From Spirochaetia bacterium (lineage in GTDB: Bacteria; Spirochaetota; Spirochaetia; SZUA-6; Bin103), in contig CBDBOV010000003.1 in NCBI GenBank assembly GCA_965208575.1, positions 96,001 to 160,000 on the forward strand: a stretch of DNA of 64,000 nt, written 5' to 3'. The translations under genes were made by a program, and so were the position numbers. The notes beneath the pieces are model-generated. The model saw only the letters and a program-made list of their open reading frames with translations. It had not been told where the DNA came from and did not search any database. Shown here in pieces: positions 39,846 to 49,855 of this stretch (the first letter of the stretch is position 1; each line of letters starts with the position of its first letter).

Positions 39846-40251
39846 CAGGCGCCGGGCGTAACCTCCAAACTCTCGCACAACCGCACAGACCGTAACACCC
39901 GTCCCCGCCCAGGGGACTCTGTTCGCACCACCCACCGCCGGCGCTGCCGGCCGATCAGCTCCGTTGCTCCCCGACCGCCCGCGTGGCGTCCTGACACCTG
40001 TCCCGATACACGCCCGGCGGTCGGCGTTGGCAAACGTCGAAGGAGGTGCGCCGGGAGGTTTTGACGAATTCCGACCAACAACAGTGCGAAGCGTGCCCGA
40101 ACGGAGCGTTCGGCTCGGCACGCCAGCACCTGCCGCCCTCGCTTTCCGGTTGCCTGCGACTGCGCAGGCATGCCACGGGAGTGGGCGAAGGGCCGGCAGT
40201 GAGACGAGCGCTCCCGGAAACGACTCGCAACGACGAGAGGAGAGTCGACTC

Positions 40252-42042
40252 ATGAGATACGTTCTGTTCAAAAAGTGCCTTGCGGTATTGTCCGTGCTGG
40301 TCCTGCCCGCAACCGGCCTCTGGGCGGCAGCGGCGGAGGAGGCGCCGGCAGCGGGCGCCGACAAGAAGTACGTGACCGACCCCACCACCGGCAAGGTGAT
40401 AGTGGCGCCGCAGTACGGTGGTAGTATCGCTGAAGCCGTGACCCGTGACGAGCCGCACACAGACACCTGGTGGGGGGCAGGGTATGGGAGACATGCGGTG
40501 AACCTCCTTCTGGACAAGATGGGCATAGGGGACTGGGCATTAGACAGGGATATATATGATTTTAAACTGGATTATACTCCTCTATCTGCCGTCAGAGGAC
40601 AGCTTGCCGAGAGCTGGGAGGTTTCCCCGGATGAGCTGACCTATACCTTCCACATTCGCCCGGGCGTTTACTGGCACGACAAGCCGCCGATGAACGGGCG
40701 TGAGCTGGTTGCCGAGGATATCGTGTTCAACTTTCACCGGATGACGGGCACAGGCAGCGGTTTCACCGAGAAGAGCCCGTATGCCTCAAGTGTCGCCAAC
40801 TTGCCGATTGAATCGATAGAGGCGACCGACAAGTATACGGTTGTCTTCAAGCTGGCCAATCTGAACTTCAGCGCTTTTGAGATGATCTACCACGAAAGCC
40901 ATGAGGGCTCCTGGATATATCCGCCAGAGGTAATCAAGCAGTATGGCCACATGCAGGACTGGAAGACGGCGGTCGGCACCGGGCCGTACATGCTGACGGA
41001 CTGGGTGAAGGGCAGCTCTCTGACCTACACCAAGAATCCCAACTACTGGGGCTACGACGAGAAGTTCCCGGAGAACCGCCTACCCTACCTCGACGAGGTC
41101 AAGATGCTCGTAATACCGGAATGGTCCACAAGGTTGACGGCGTTGCGCACGGGCAAGATCGTTCGGCTGTGGAACGTTACCTTAGACCAGGCGCAGGCCA
41201 TCCAGAAGACCAACCCCGAACTCTTATGGACAACCCGTGGACAGTCGCCGTACAACTTCGCCATGGATGTGCGCAAGCCGCCCTTCGACGACATCCGGGT
41301 GCGCCACGCAATGCAGCTGGCGCTGGACCTCGAGACAATCAACAACACCTTTTTTGGGGGGCTGGGCGATACGACACCTATGGGGTTTGCTGGGCCGGCT
41401 ACCATCGGGTTCCACACCCCATTTGAGGAGTGGCCCGAAGATGTCAAGGCAAACTATGAATATGACCCGGAAAGGGCGAAGCAGCTTCTGGCGGAAGCCG
41501 GCTATCCCAATGGCTTCAAGACCAAACTGATGATCGACCCGGCCTACGGAGGGAGTAACCTAGACCATACACAATTAGCTGCCACCTACTGGGCTGACAT
41601 TGGCGTTGATGTCGAGCTTGACCTCGTGGAGGGGGCCGTCTGGGTGGCACGCGTAAACGCCCATTCTTACGAAGGTATGACCCGTGGGTTCAGTGGCATC
41701 AACTACAACCCCCTTGTCATCAGCAGGGTCGCGGCTCATTCTGACTCGATATGGAATGGCTCCGGGGCCCAGGACCCTGTCTATGATGCCATAGTTGAAG
41801 CCGCCGAAAACGTCGGCAGCCGCGAGGAGATGATGGAGCTGGTGAAGAAGGCGGACATGTACTTCATCGAGCAACACTGGAATATATGGGGGAGCCCAAT
41901 ACGGCCAGATTTCACCTTCTGGCAGCCGTGGTTGGTGGGTTACAACGGTGAAATCACCCTGGGAGGCGCAAGGTACAATCTCTACCTCTCCCGAGTCTGG
42001 CTCGACTCAGACCTCAGGGAGGAGATGACCGGGACGAGATAA
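40252..42042 (+). CDS. Family-5 ABC substrate-binding protein (cluster 5)
   Basis: ATG after GGAG; signal peptide; LAESWE, GTGPY, PFDDIRVR. Confidence 0.95.
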   Translation: MRYVLFKKCLAVLSVLVLPATGLWAAAAEEAPAAGADKKYVTDPTTGKVIVAPQYGGSIAEAVTRDEPHTDTWWGAGYGRHAVNLLLDKMGIGDWALDRDIYDFKLDYTPLSAVRGQLAESWEVSPDELTYTFHIRPGVYWHDKPPMNGRELVAEDIVFNFHRMTGTGSGFTEKSPYASSVANLPIESIEATDKYTVVFKLANLNFSAFEMIYHESHEGSWIYPPEVIKQYGHMQDWKTAVGTGPYMLTDWVKGSSLTYTKNPNYWGYDEKFPENRLPYLDEVKMLVIPEWSTRLTALRTGKIVRLWNVTLDQAQAIQKTNPELLWTTRGQSPYNFAMDVRKPPFDDIRVRHAMQLALDLETINNTFFGGLGDTTPMGFAGPATIGFHTPFEEWPEDVKANYEYDPERAKQLLAEAGYPNGFKTKLMIDPAYGGSNLDHTQLAATYWADIGVDVELDLVEGAVWVARVNAHSYEGMTRGFSGINYNPLVISRVAAHSDSIWNGSGAQDPVYDAIVEAAENVGSREEMMELVKKADMYFIEQHWNIWGSPIRPDFTFWQPWLVGYNGEITLGGARYNLYLSRVWLDSDLREEMTGTR

Positions 42043-42119
42043 GCACTTAAGCACTCCAGGTGGTGGGGGGGGCCACCAAGGCCCCCACCTGCCACCCTAC
42101 GCCCGCTGAGGAGGCCGAC

Positions 42120-43076
42120 CTGCGCACTTACATAGTCAGAAGACTGCTACTGCTGATCCCGACCCTCTTCATTGTGGCCAGCATGGTCTTCCTGCTCATG
42201 CGCCTGATTCCCGGTGACATCATCGACACAATGGCCAATGAAATGGGGCCTGAGGCCGGTGGTTCCCTGGACCGTGCGGCCATTGAGCGCCGCCTCGGTC
42301 TGGATGTGCCAATACACGTACAGTATGTTCGTTGGATGGGCCAAATACTTCAGGGAAACCTGGGCACGTCGCTCAGAGGAGACGAGCCTGTTGTCGAGCA
42401 GATACTTCCCCGGCTTCCGGTGACGCTTGAGCTTGGTGTCATGGCAATCGCAATCGGGCTCCTGATAGCCGTTCCAGTCGGCATCTACTCGGCGATTCGC
42501 CAGGATACGGCCGCCGACTACCTGGGGCGCACCGTCGCCATCATCGGCTTGGCAACGCCTAACTTCTGGCTGGGAATTATGGTCATGATATACCCGGCCA
42601 TCTGGTGGGGCTGGTCGCCGCCGATGGAATTGATCACCTTCGCAGACGACCCGCTGGGGAATCTCGGCATGTTCCTCATCCCCAGCCTGATTCTGGGGAC
42701 GGCCGGTGCTGCCAGCACAATGCGCATGACGCGCACCATGGCGTTGGAGGTGCTGCGGCAAGACTATATCAGAACCGCCTGGTCGAAGGGGCTGAGGGAG
42801 CGGGTGGTCGTGATGCGGCATGCCTTGAAGAATGCCCTCATCCCGGTGGTCACCCTCGTCGGCTTTCAGCTCCCCATCCTCATCGGGGGGTCGGTCATCA
42901 TCGAGCAGATCTTTGTCCTGCCCGGTATAGGGCGTCTCCTGGTGGCCGCGCTCAGCCAGCGGGAGTATCACCTGGTCTCTGCCATCAACCTGATGCTGGC
43001 AACTGCCGTGATGGTGATCAATCTCGGCATCGACCTCACCTACGCTTTTCTGGATCCCAGGGTGCGCTATGAGTGA
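42120..43076 (+). CDS. DppB/OppB-type permease (cluster 5), probable CTG start
   Basis: GAGGAGG-5bp-CTG; aligns with paralog starts. Confidence 0.9.
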   Translation: MRTYIVRRLLLLIPTLFIVASMVFLLMRLIPGDIIDTMANEMGPEAGGSLDRAAIERRLGLDVPIHVQYVRWMGQILQGNLGTSLRGDEPVVEQILPRLPVTLELGVMAIAIGLLIAVPVGIYSAIRQDTAADYLGRTVAIIGLATPNFWLGIMVMIYPAIWWGWSPPMELITFADDPLGNLGMFLIPSLILGTAGAASTMRMTRTMALEVLRQDYIRTAWSKGLRERVVVMRHALKNALIPVVTLVGFQLPILIGGSVIIEQIFVLPGIGRLLVAALSQREYHLVSAINLMLATAVMVINLGIDLTYAFLDPRVRYE

Positions 43077-43947
43077 CTTCCTGTCGAGGCTGGTCCGGGA
43101 GAAGCCGCTGGGCGCGTTCGGCGGGATCGTCGTGCTGCTGCTGCTGTTCACCGGTATCTTCGCCGACGTCCTGGCGCCCTTTCCGATGAGTGAGCCCCAC
43201 ATGACGGACCGGCTGACCGGGCCGTCAGGGAAATACCTGCTGGGTACCGATCAACTGGGGCGAGACGTGCTCAGCCGAATCATCTACGGGGCGCGGGTGT
43301 CGCTGGTCGTCGGCCTCGCAGCAACCAGTGTCAACATGGTGGTAGCGCTGCTGATCGGCACGACGACCGGGTTCTTCGGCGGCAAGTTGGATATGGTGGT
43401 GCAGCGGTTCGTCGACGCCTGGATGGCCTTCCCGGGGCTGCTCATTCTCATCACGGTGATGTCGCTGGTCGGCCAGGGTCTGCTGCAGACCATACTGGTG
43501 CTGGGCATTAGCGGCGGCATTGGCGGCTCGCGCATCGCGCGCAGCGCCGTCATCGGCATCAGGGAGAACATGTATCTGCAGGCGGCCGAGGCGTTTGGCG
43601 CGAGCGCGACCAGGACCATCTTCCGCCATGTACTGCCCAACATCATGGCGCCCATGATCATCACCTTCACCGTGACCATTGGCGGCGTCATCATGGCCGA
43701 GGCTTCGCTGAGCTTCCTCGGTTTCGGTCTTCCCCCGGATGTCGCCACCTGGGGTGGCATGCTCAGCAACGACGGGCGCCGGTTCATGGAGTTGGCGCCA
43801 TGGCTGGCCATCTGGCCGGGCCTTGCCCTGACCATCGTGGTGTACAGTCTGAATATGCTCGGCGATGCGCTCAGAGACCTGCTCGACCCCCGGCTGAAGG
43901 GCGGTGCAGGTCGTCTGGGTGCCGACAATCGCGCCAAGTCAGTCTAG
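43069..43947 (+). CDS. DppC/OppC-type permease (cluster 5)
   Basis: LGTDQLGRD; NMLGDALRDLLDPR. Confidence 0.95.
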   Translation: MSDFLSRLVREKPLGAFGGIVVLLLLFTGIFADVLAPFPMSEPHMTDRLTGPSGKYLLGTDQLGRDVLSRIIYGARVSLVVGLAATSVNMVVALLIGTTTGFFGGKLDMVVQRFVDAWMAFPGLLILITVMSLVGQGLLQTILVLGISGGIGGSRIARSAVIGIRENMYLQAAEAFGASATRTIFRHVLPNIMAPMIITFTVTIGGVIMAEASLSFLGFGLPPDVATWGGMLSNDGRRFMELAPWLAIWPGLALTIVVYSLNMLGDALRDLLDPRLKGGAGRLGADNRAKSV

Positions 43948-44170
43948 CAGCTCCCACGGCTTCCGCAGAGCATGATTCCATTATGCCTGGAGGAAGCCGA
44001 AGCGACGGATGACGTGCGCATCGAGCGGGGCGAGCAGCGGCCACCGGACGAGCGCGAGCCGCTCGAACCGTAGCGCCAGGAGCGGCTTCGCGCGGCCTTG
44101 CTGTTCGCCCGACCTGCCCGGCCTGTCCTGACCTTGCCGGGTACCCGGCAAGGTACGTAGACTCGCCAGC

Positions 44171-45232
44171 ATGCGAGTGTACATCGGCACCTATACCCGC
44201 GACGACACGGGCAGCGAGGGCATCTACCGCGGCGAGCTGGACGTCGGCACCGGGGAATTGACCGTGCAGGGGGTGGCGGCGCGGGTCGACAACCCGTCGT
44301 TCCTGGCGTTGAGCGCGGCGGAGGACTTCCTGTACGCGGTCAACGAGGTGAGCGACCTCGGCAGCGGCAAGCACGGCGCCGCCAGCGCGTTCCGGGTGGC
44401 GGCAGACGGCGCGCTGACCGCGGCCGGGCAGCAACTGGCCGGGGCGTCCGGGCCTTGCCATGTGTGCGCCCACCCGAGCGGCGAACTGGTGTTCGCGGCC
44501 AACTACGGCGGCGGCGCCCTGTCGATGTTCCGCTGCGCCGGCGGCGACTTGGTGGAGCGGCTGGTGACCATCGACCACGAGGGCAGCAGCGTGAACCCGG
44601 AGCGGCAGCAGGAGCCGCATCCCCACTCCGTGAACCTGTCGCCGGACGGCGCCTGGCTGTACGTGCCCGACCTGGGCATCGACCGCATCGTGATCTACCG
44701 CGTCGACGTGGCGGCCGGCACGCTTACCCGCGCCGGCGAAACGGCCACCGCTCCCGGCGCCGGGCCGCGCCACTTCACCTTCCACCCGCGCGGGCGGGTC
44801 GCCTACGGCATCAACGAGCTCGATTCAACGGTCGCGGCCTATGCGTACGGTTCCACCGACGGCAGCCTGACCGAGATGCAGACCGTACCGACCCTTCCCG
44901 GCGGCTGGTCCGGCGTCAGCACCTGCGCCGACATCCACGTGCATCCCAACGGGCGCTTCGTGTACGGCTCCAACCGCGGCCACGACAGCATCGCCATCTT
45001 CGCGATTGGCGGCGACGGGCGGCTGGAACCGGTGGGCCACGAACCGACTCAGGGGCAGACGCCGCGCAACTTCGCGCTCGATCCTTCCGGCGCGCTGCTG
45101 CTGGCCGCCAACCAGGACAGCGGCACCATTGTCACCTTCCACGTCGACGCCGCGACCGGCCTGCTGCAGCCGACCGGCCACGTGGCCGCCGTCCCCTCGC
45201 CGGTGTGCGTGGTACCGGTGCCCGGTACCTGA
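44171..45232 (+). CDS. Lactonase family (6-phosphogluconolactonase-like beta-propeller)
   Basis: YIGTYT, NPSFL, PCH, HPHS, DLGID, GPRH, SNRGHDSI, PRNF. Confidence 0.9.
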   Translation: MRVYIGTYTRDDTGSEGIYRGELDVGTGELTVQGVAARVDNPSFLALSAAEDFLYAVNEVSDLGSGKHGAASAFRVAADGALTAAGQQLAGASGPCHVCAHPSGELVFAANYGGGALSMFRCAGGDLVERLVTIDHEGSSVNPERQQEPHPHSVNLSPDGAWLYVPDLGIDRIVIYRVDVAAGTLTRAGETATAPGAGPRHFTFHPRGRVAYGINELDSTVAAYAYGSTDGSLTEMQTVPTLPGGWSGVSTCADIHVHPNGRFVYGSNRGHDSIAIFAIGGDGRLEPVGHEPTQGQTPRNFALDPSGALLLAANQDSGTIVTFHVDAATGLLQPTGHVAAVPSPVCVVPVPGT

Positions 45233-45462
45233 TGGAGCCGGACACCGCGGCACGGGCCTGGCAGCCCGTGGCGAGACTCCGACTGCACTGTGCGTGTTGC
45301 GCGGAATCAGGTCGCCCAAGTGGGCCGCGATGCGTGGCCGGTCGAGGGTGTCGATCCCGCGGAACGGCACGGCCTTGTCTCCCGCGGAACGCTTGGGCTC
45401 CGCACCGCACCGGCGTGCCCAAGTCCCCGCCCGGGTGGGGAAGCGCCCGAGGTCGCCGCCGA

Positions 45463-46659
45463 CTACCGGCAGTCCGCAACGACGACTCTATCACGTACAA
45501 GGACGCCCCGCCGGGGCGAGGGTACGTAGCCGGGACGCGGCTCGACCCTGAGAGTTATCCAGGTTGCGTCGGACGGGACGTCGTTTTCTATGGTGGCCAT
45601 CTTATACGTGCCCGTCCCGGAACTGGAGATCGAGACCGTGCCGGCATACGGGATCGGTGACGGGATTTGCAGGTGCAAACCGAGAAATGAAGTGTAGGAC
45701 AGACTGAAATGGACGGTCAGCGAGGACGCGGGTGCCGGGCTCGCGGTCAGCGTCCACACCGCGTCGGCGCCCTCGCACACCAACTCGGAGTCAGCCCTTG
45801 CGGTTACCACCGGCACCCTTGGCCTTGGAGTCGACGGCGCTGGGGGGTCGTTGTCGGTGACCTCGACGGTGGCCGTGTCTGCCCGGCCGACGGTGTAGCC
45901 GCTGCCGGCGACTACGGTGGCCGTCACCGAGCCGTCCGGCTCGTCGGTACCGTCGTCGACGGTGTCCGCCGTGAGCGCTGCGGTCCCGGAGGCGGGGATG
46001 GTGAGCGTCTGCGGAGGGCTCGGGGTCAGGAACGAGCCGGACTCCGCCCAGTTCACGTCGACGGTCACGGGGGAGGCCGGCGGCGGCGCCGCGGTCAGCG
46101 TGAACGTTACCGGGTCGCCTTCGGTCACCGGGCTGTCGCCCGCCGCGATGGTGACCACCGGCGGCACCGGCATGAGGGTCGCGCTCGCCGACGCGTTGGC
46201 GGCCCCTGCGCGGTAGCCGTCGCCGGCCGCGATGGCGGCGGTGACGACGCAGCCCCCGGCGCCCACCGCTGCGCCGCCCGTTTCTACCTTCAGGGAGGCG
46301 CGTGACTCACCCGCGGCGATGGTCACGGTGTCCGGCGCCCGGGTGAGGTTGCAGGGATCGGCCGCGATGGACACGCCGACGGTGAGGTCGGCGCGCGGGG
46401 CGGGAGCGGCGTGCACCAGGAACTGCAGCGGCTCTTCGGCAATCACGGAGTCCACCGCCGCGGTGATGGTCACTACCGGTTCTTGCGGATTCTCAGGGGT
46501 CGGCGCCTCCGTGCCGGCGGCTCCGGGAGCCCGAGTACATCCCGCGAGCGCGAGGAGAAGGAGCAGGCCCAACGCGGCCTCGACCGCATGCGGGCTGCGT
46601 GCTGACGGGCGACCTCCGCCCGCCGGCGAAGAACCTGCGATCATGTACAACTCCTTCAT
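45463..46659 (-). CDS. Lipoprotein with Calx-beta/Ig-like repeats
   Basis: Lipobox LAGC; VTEG..VTFTL, TVDD..DE.DG, V.DND; start uncertain. Confidence 0.7.
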   Translation of the reverse strand: MKELYMIAGSSPAGGGRPSARSPHAVEAALGLLLLLALAGCTRAPGAAGTEAPTPENPQEPVVTITAAVDSVIAEEPLQFLVHAAPAPRADLTVGVSIAADPCNLTRAPDTVTIAAGESRASLKVETGGAAVGAGGCVVTAAIAAGDGYRAGAANASASATLMPVPPVVTIAAGDSPVTEGDPVTFTLTAAPPPASPVTVDVNWAESGSFLTPSPPQTLTIPASGTAALTADTVDDGTDEPDGSVTATVVAGSGYTVGRADTATVEVTDNDPPAPSTPRPRVPVVTARADSELVCEGADAVWTLTASPAPASSLTVHFSLSYTSFLGLHLQIPSPIPYAGTVSISSSGTGTYKMATIENDVPSDATWITLRVEPRPGYVPSPRRGVLVRDRVVVADCR

Positions 46660-46734
46660 GGCTCGACATTGTACAGGCATGACAGCCGGTTGAGTATAAC
46701 TACTACATAATCCGACAGAATCCTGCTTCCTGAT

Positions 46735-46762
46735 GGGTTGGGGTTGGGCCCAACCCCAACCC
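46735..46762. repeat. Perfect 28-bp palindrome
   Basis: GGGTTGGGGTTGGG|CCCAACCCCAACCC. Confidence 0.9.
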
Positions 46763-46910
46763 CGTGCTCGTTCGTTGCGCCTTGCCCGGCCGGGCGCCTC
46801 ACCGCTCTCGCCGCGGCGCCGGCTTCAGCCGCGGGCTTCCAGGGCCGCCGGGACTTGCGTGTTCGGCGTGAACGCCTACGATAGGGGAGGCCGAAGCGGG
46901 AGGAGCAGCG

Positions 46911-48323
46911 ATGAAACCTGGATCGGGAGAGACTCTGTACGAGCCGGCGCGCGAGGTGCCGGTGTACGGCAGTTGCGACGTACTGGTGCTCGGTGGCGGG
47001 CCGGGCGGCACGGCGGCGGCGATCGGCGCTGCGGCGGCGGGGGCCGACACGGTGCTGGTGGAGCGCTACGGCCACCTGGGCGGGCTCGCCTCCGGCGGGC
47101 ACGTGTGCTTTATCGACCGCATGACCGACTGGGACGGGCGCGTCGTGGTGGCCGGCGTCGGGGAAGAATTCATGGACCGCTGCGGGGTGGAGGCGGGCGG
47201 CATCATCGGCCCGGAGCGCCAGTACTGGGGTAGCCGCGACGCGGAGCTGGTCGAGTACTGGGGGCCGCGCGCCAACGCCCACCGCGGCGTGGTGTGCTGG
47301 TCGCCCACCATCGATCCCGAGATGCTGAAGCTGGCTTCCAACGACTTGGTGCGCGAGCGCGGCGTGCACACCTTGTTCCACTGCTGGGCGGTGGCGCCGG
47401 TGATGCGGGAGGATGCCGCCGTCCCCACCGTCGGCGGCGCGCTGTTCGAGAGCAAGCAGGGCCGCTTCGCGATCCGCGCCGCGGTCACCATCGACTGCAC
47501 CGGCGACGGCGACATCTTCGCCGCGGCCGGCGCCGCCTTCGAGACCAACCGCGACGACACCACCATCCACTCCTGCGTCAACACTTCCGGGCGCTTCGGC
47601 GGCGTCGACACGGAGGTGTTCTGGCACTTCCGCACCTACGATATCGAGGGCTACAAGGCCAAGCTGCAAGCGGCGCGCGCGGCCGGCTCCGTGATCCGCG
47701 CCTCGATCCTGCCTCGCGAGGGGCAGGTGCTGACCATGCACCCCAAGTACCACGGCTACTCGGCGATCGAGGTGGCCGACCTGAGCGAGGTGGAGTTCCG
47801 CTCGCGCGACGACCTGCGCCGCGGCCTGGCGTGGTGGCGCCGCCACATGCTGGGCTGGCAGCACGCCTACCTGCTGGAGAGCGCCGACCAGATCGGCGTG
47901 CGCCACAGCCGCCGCCTGGTGGGCGAGGTGCAGATCACCCTCGACCAGTGGAAGCGCAACGGCCGCCACGCCGACTCCATCGGCCTGTGCCCCGGCGTCT
48001 CGCAAGCGTATCCGACCCTGGAGATCCCTTACGGCAGCCTGGTGCCGCGCGAGCTGGATGGCCTGCTGGTCGCCGGCCGCAACCTGAGCTGCGACGTGCG
48101 CTCCCACAACCCGCTGCGCGAGGTGCCGGAGTGCTGGGTGATGGGCCAGGGCGCCGGCGTCGGCGCCGCGTTGGCGGTTAGCCGCGGCGTTGCCGCGCGC
48201 GCCGCACCGGTCGTGGAGATGCAAGCAGAGCTGCGCCGCCAGGGCGCCGTCGTCACGCCGCCTGAATCGGCCGAACCGGCCGCGGCACGTGCCGAACCCG
48301 CCGCAGCCGGGCAGCCGGGATAA
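46911..48323 (+). CDS. FAD-dependent oxidoreductase
   Basis: DVLVLGGGPGG, LGG, IDCTGDGD, IPYGSLVP, LVAGR, GQGAG. Confidence 0.9.
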   Translation: MKPGSGETLYEPAREVPVYGSCDVLVLGGGPGGTAAAIGAAAAGADTVLVERYGHLGGLASGGHVCFIDRMTDWDGRVVVAGVGEEFMDRCGVEAGGIIGPERQYWGSRDAELVEYWGPRANAHRGVVCWSPTIDPEMLKLASNDLVRERGVHTLFHCWAVAPVMREDAAVPTVGGALFESKQGRFAIRAAVTIDCTGDGDIFAAAGAAFETNRDDTTIHSCVNTSGRFGGVDTEVFWHFRTYDIEGYKAKLQAARAAGSVIRASILPREGQVLTMHPKYHGYSAIEVADLSEVEFRSRDDLRRGLAWWRRHMLGWQHAYLLESADQIGVRHSRRLVGEVQITLDQWKRNGRHADSIGLCPGVSQAYPTLEIPYGSLVPRELDGLLVAGRNLSCDVRSHNPLREVPECWVMGQGAGVGAALAVSRGVAARAAPVVEMQAELRRQGAVVTPPESAEPAAARAEPAAAGQPG

Positions 48324-48383
48324 TCGGTGTGATGCGAGCCTCGGCCGGCACCTCAGTAATCGGCGACCAAGAGGAGCAACTGA

Positions 48384-48465
48384 GTGATTGACTGGTCAAC
48401 CTGCCCGGCGGTGGAGCAAGTCCCCGGCAAGGTCAGCGGCGCCTGGGTGTTCACGAATACCCGGG
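48384..48465 (+). pseudogene. DUF433-type antitoxin, 5' fragment
   Basis: IDWSTCPAVE..PGKVSGAWVF..TR after GAGGAG; then runs into the convergent sulfatase. Confidence 0.7.
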
Positions 48466-48478
48466 CGCGGCCGGCGGG

Positions 48479-49855
48479 TCAGGCGCGCAGGCGGCGCTCC
48501 TGGTCGTGGAGCGCTTCTTCGCTGACCTGCTCGGGGTTGGCGATGTTGAGCAGCTCCCGATGCAGGGCCGCGCGCACGGCGGCGTGGCGCGGGTGGGCGG
48601 CCAGGTCGTGGAACTCGCCCGGGTCTTCGCTCAGGTCGAACAGCTGCGGCTGGTGGCCCACGTAGTAGTTGTACTTCCAGTCGCCGCGCTTGATCATGAA
48701 TCCGCCCTGCAGCATGCCCTGGGCGTGGTACTCGCTGAACACCACCCGGTCGTCGCCGCCGACGCCCGGCGGCAGGTGCGCGAGGCTGGTGCCCGGCAGG
48801 CCTGACGGCATGTCGATGCCGGCCAGGTCGAGCAGGGTGGGCAGCACGTCGACCAGCGACACGTTGGCGCCGATCCGCCTGCCGCCGGCAGCGCGCGGTG
48901 TCCTGAGGATCATCGGCGTGCGCACCGAGGCCTCGTAGAAGCACTGTTTCTGCCAGATGCCGTGCTGGCCGGCCATCTCGCCGTGGTCGCTGACGTACAG
49001 CACCACCGTGTCCTCGCGCAGCGGGCTGTCGTCGATCGCCGCCAGCATGCGGCCGACCAGGTCGTCGACCAGCGTGACCAGGCCGTAGTAGCTGGCCAGC
49101 GCCTGCCGCTGCACCGCCTCCGGTACGATCTCTTCGTTGCGGAAGGCGTAGCGCAGGTGGCGGATCGCCGGGTGCTGGTCCGCCAGGGTTTCGCCGCGCA
49201 GGTCGGCGGGGGTCACCGCCGCGGGGTCGTAGCGCCGGTAGTACTCCGGCGGACAGGTGAGTGGAAAGTGCGGGTACATCAGCCCGCTGTACAGCAGCCA
49301 CGGGCGTTCCGCGGGCTGCGCCGCCCTGGCCTGCAGGAAGCGCACGCTCAGGTCGGCCACGGTGGAGTCGTAGTCGTACCATGCCCCGCGACCGGGGCCG
49401 CACTCGGTGACGTGGGAGTTGCTGCCGCGCCGCGCCTGTGGGGTGCGCTTCGGCGCCGTCCGCGAGCGCCACGAGTGCATGTCGTCGAACAGCCGGGTGC
49501 CGAACCCATGCAGGCGGTCGTCGCCGGCCATGTGGGTGCGCCCGCACAGCACGGTCTCGTAGCCGGCGGCGGTGAAGTAGTGGCCGAAGGTCGGGATGTC
49601 GGCGCGCAGCGGCGAGCCGAGGTCCCACACCCCGATCCGGTGGCAGTAGTTGCCGGTGAGGAAGGCCATCCGCGACGGCACGCAGATCGGGCTGTTGCAG
49701 TAGGCGCTGTCGAACACCGTGCCGGCGGCGGCGAGCCGGTCCAGGTTGGGGGTCTGCACCAGCGGGTGGCCGGCGTTACCCATCACCGCCGGGTCATGCT
49801 CGTCGGACATGATCACGAGGATGTTGGGCGGCTTCCCGGCAGGTTCGTGCGCCAC
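48479..49855 (-). CDS. Sulfatase (choline-sulfatase-like)
   Basis: PNILVIMSDEH, TPNLD, CVPSR formylglycine motif, PHFP, SDHGE. Confidence 0.9.
   Translation of the reverse strand: MAHEPAGKPPNILVIMSDEHDPAVMGNAGHPLVQTPNLDRLAAAGTVFDSAYCNSPICVPSRMAFLTGNYCHRIGVWDLGSPLRADIPTFGHYFTAAGYETVLCGRTHMAGDDRLHGFGTRLFDDMHSWRSRTAPKRTPQARRGSNSHVTECGPGRGAWYDYDSTVADLSVRFLQARAAQPAERPWLLYSGLMYPHFPLTCPPEYYRRYDPAAVTPADLRGETLADQHPAIRHLRYAFRNEEIVPEAVQRQALASYYGLVTLVDDLVGRMLAAIDDSPLREDTVVLYVSDHGEMAGQHGIWQKQCFYEASVRTPMILRTPRAAGGRRIGANVSLVDVLPTLLDLAGIDMPSGLPGTSLAHLPPGVGGDDRVVFSEYHAQGMLQGGFMIKRGDWKYNYYVGHQPQLFDLSEDPGEFHDLAAHPRHAAVRAALHRELLNIANPEQVSEEALHDQERRLRA

Noticed and set aside
39370-40251. N-terminal extensions of the Rpn (to 39798) and SBP 5 (from 39964)
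   Set aside because: Family motifs, signal peptide and SD start at 39369 and 40252; the region between contains promoter-like elements.
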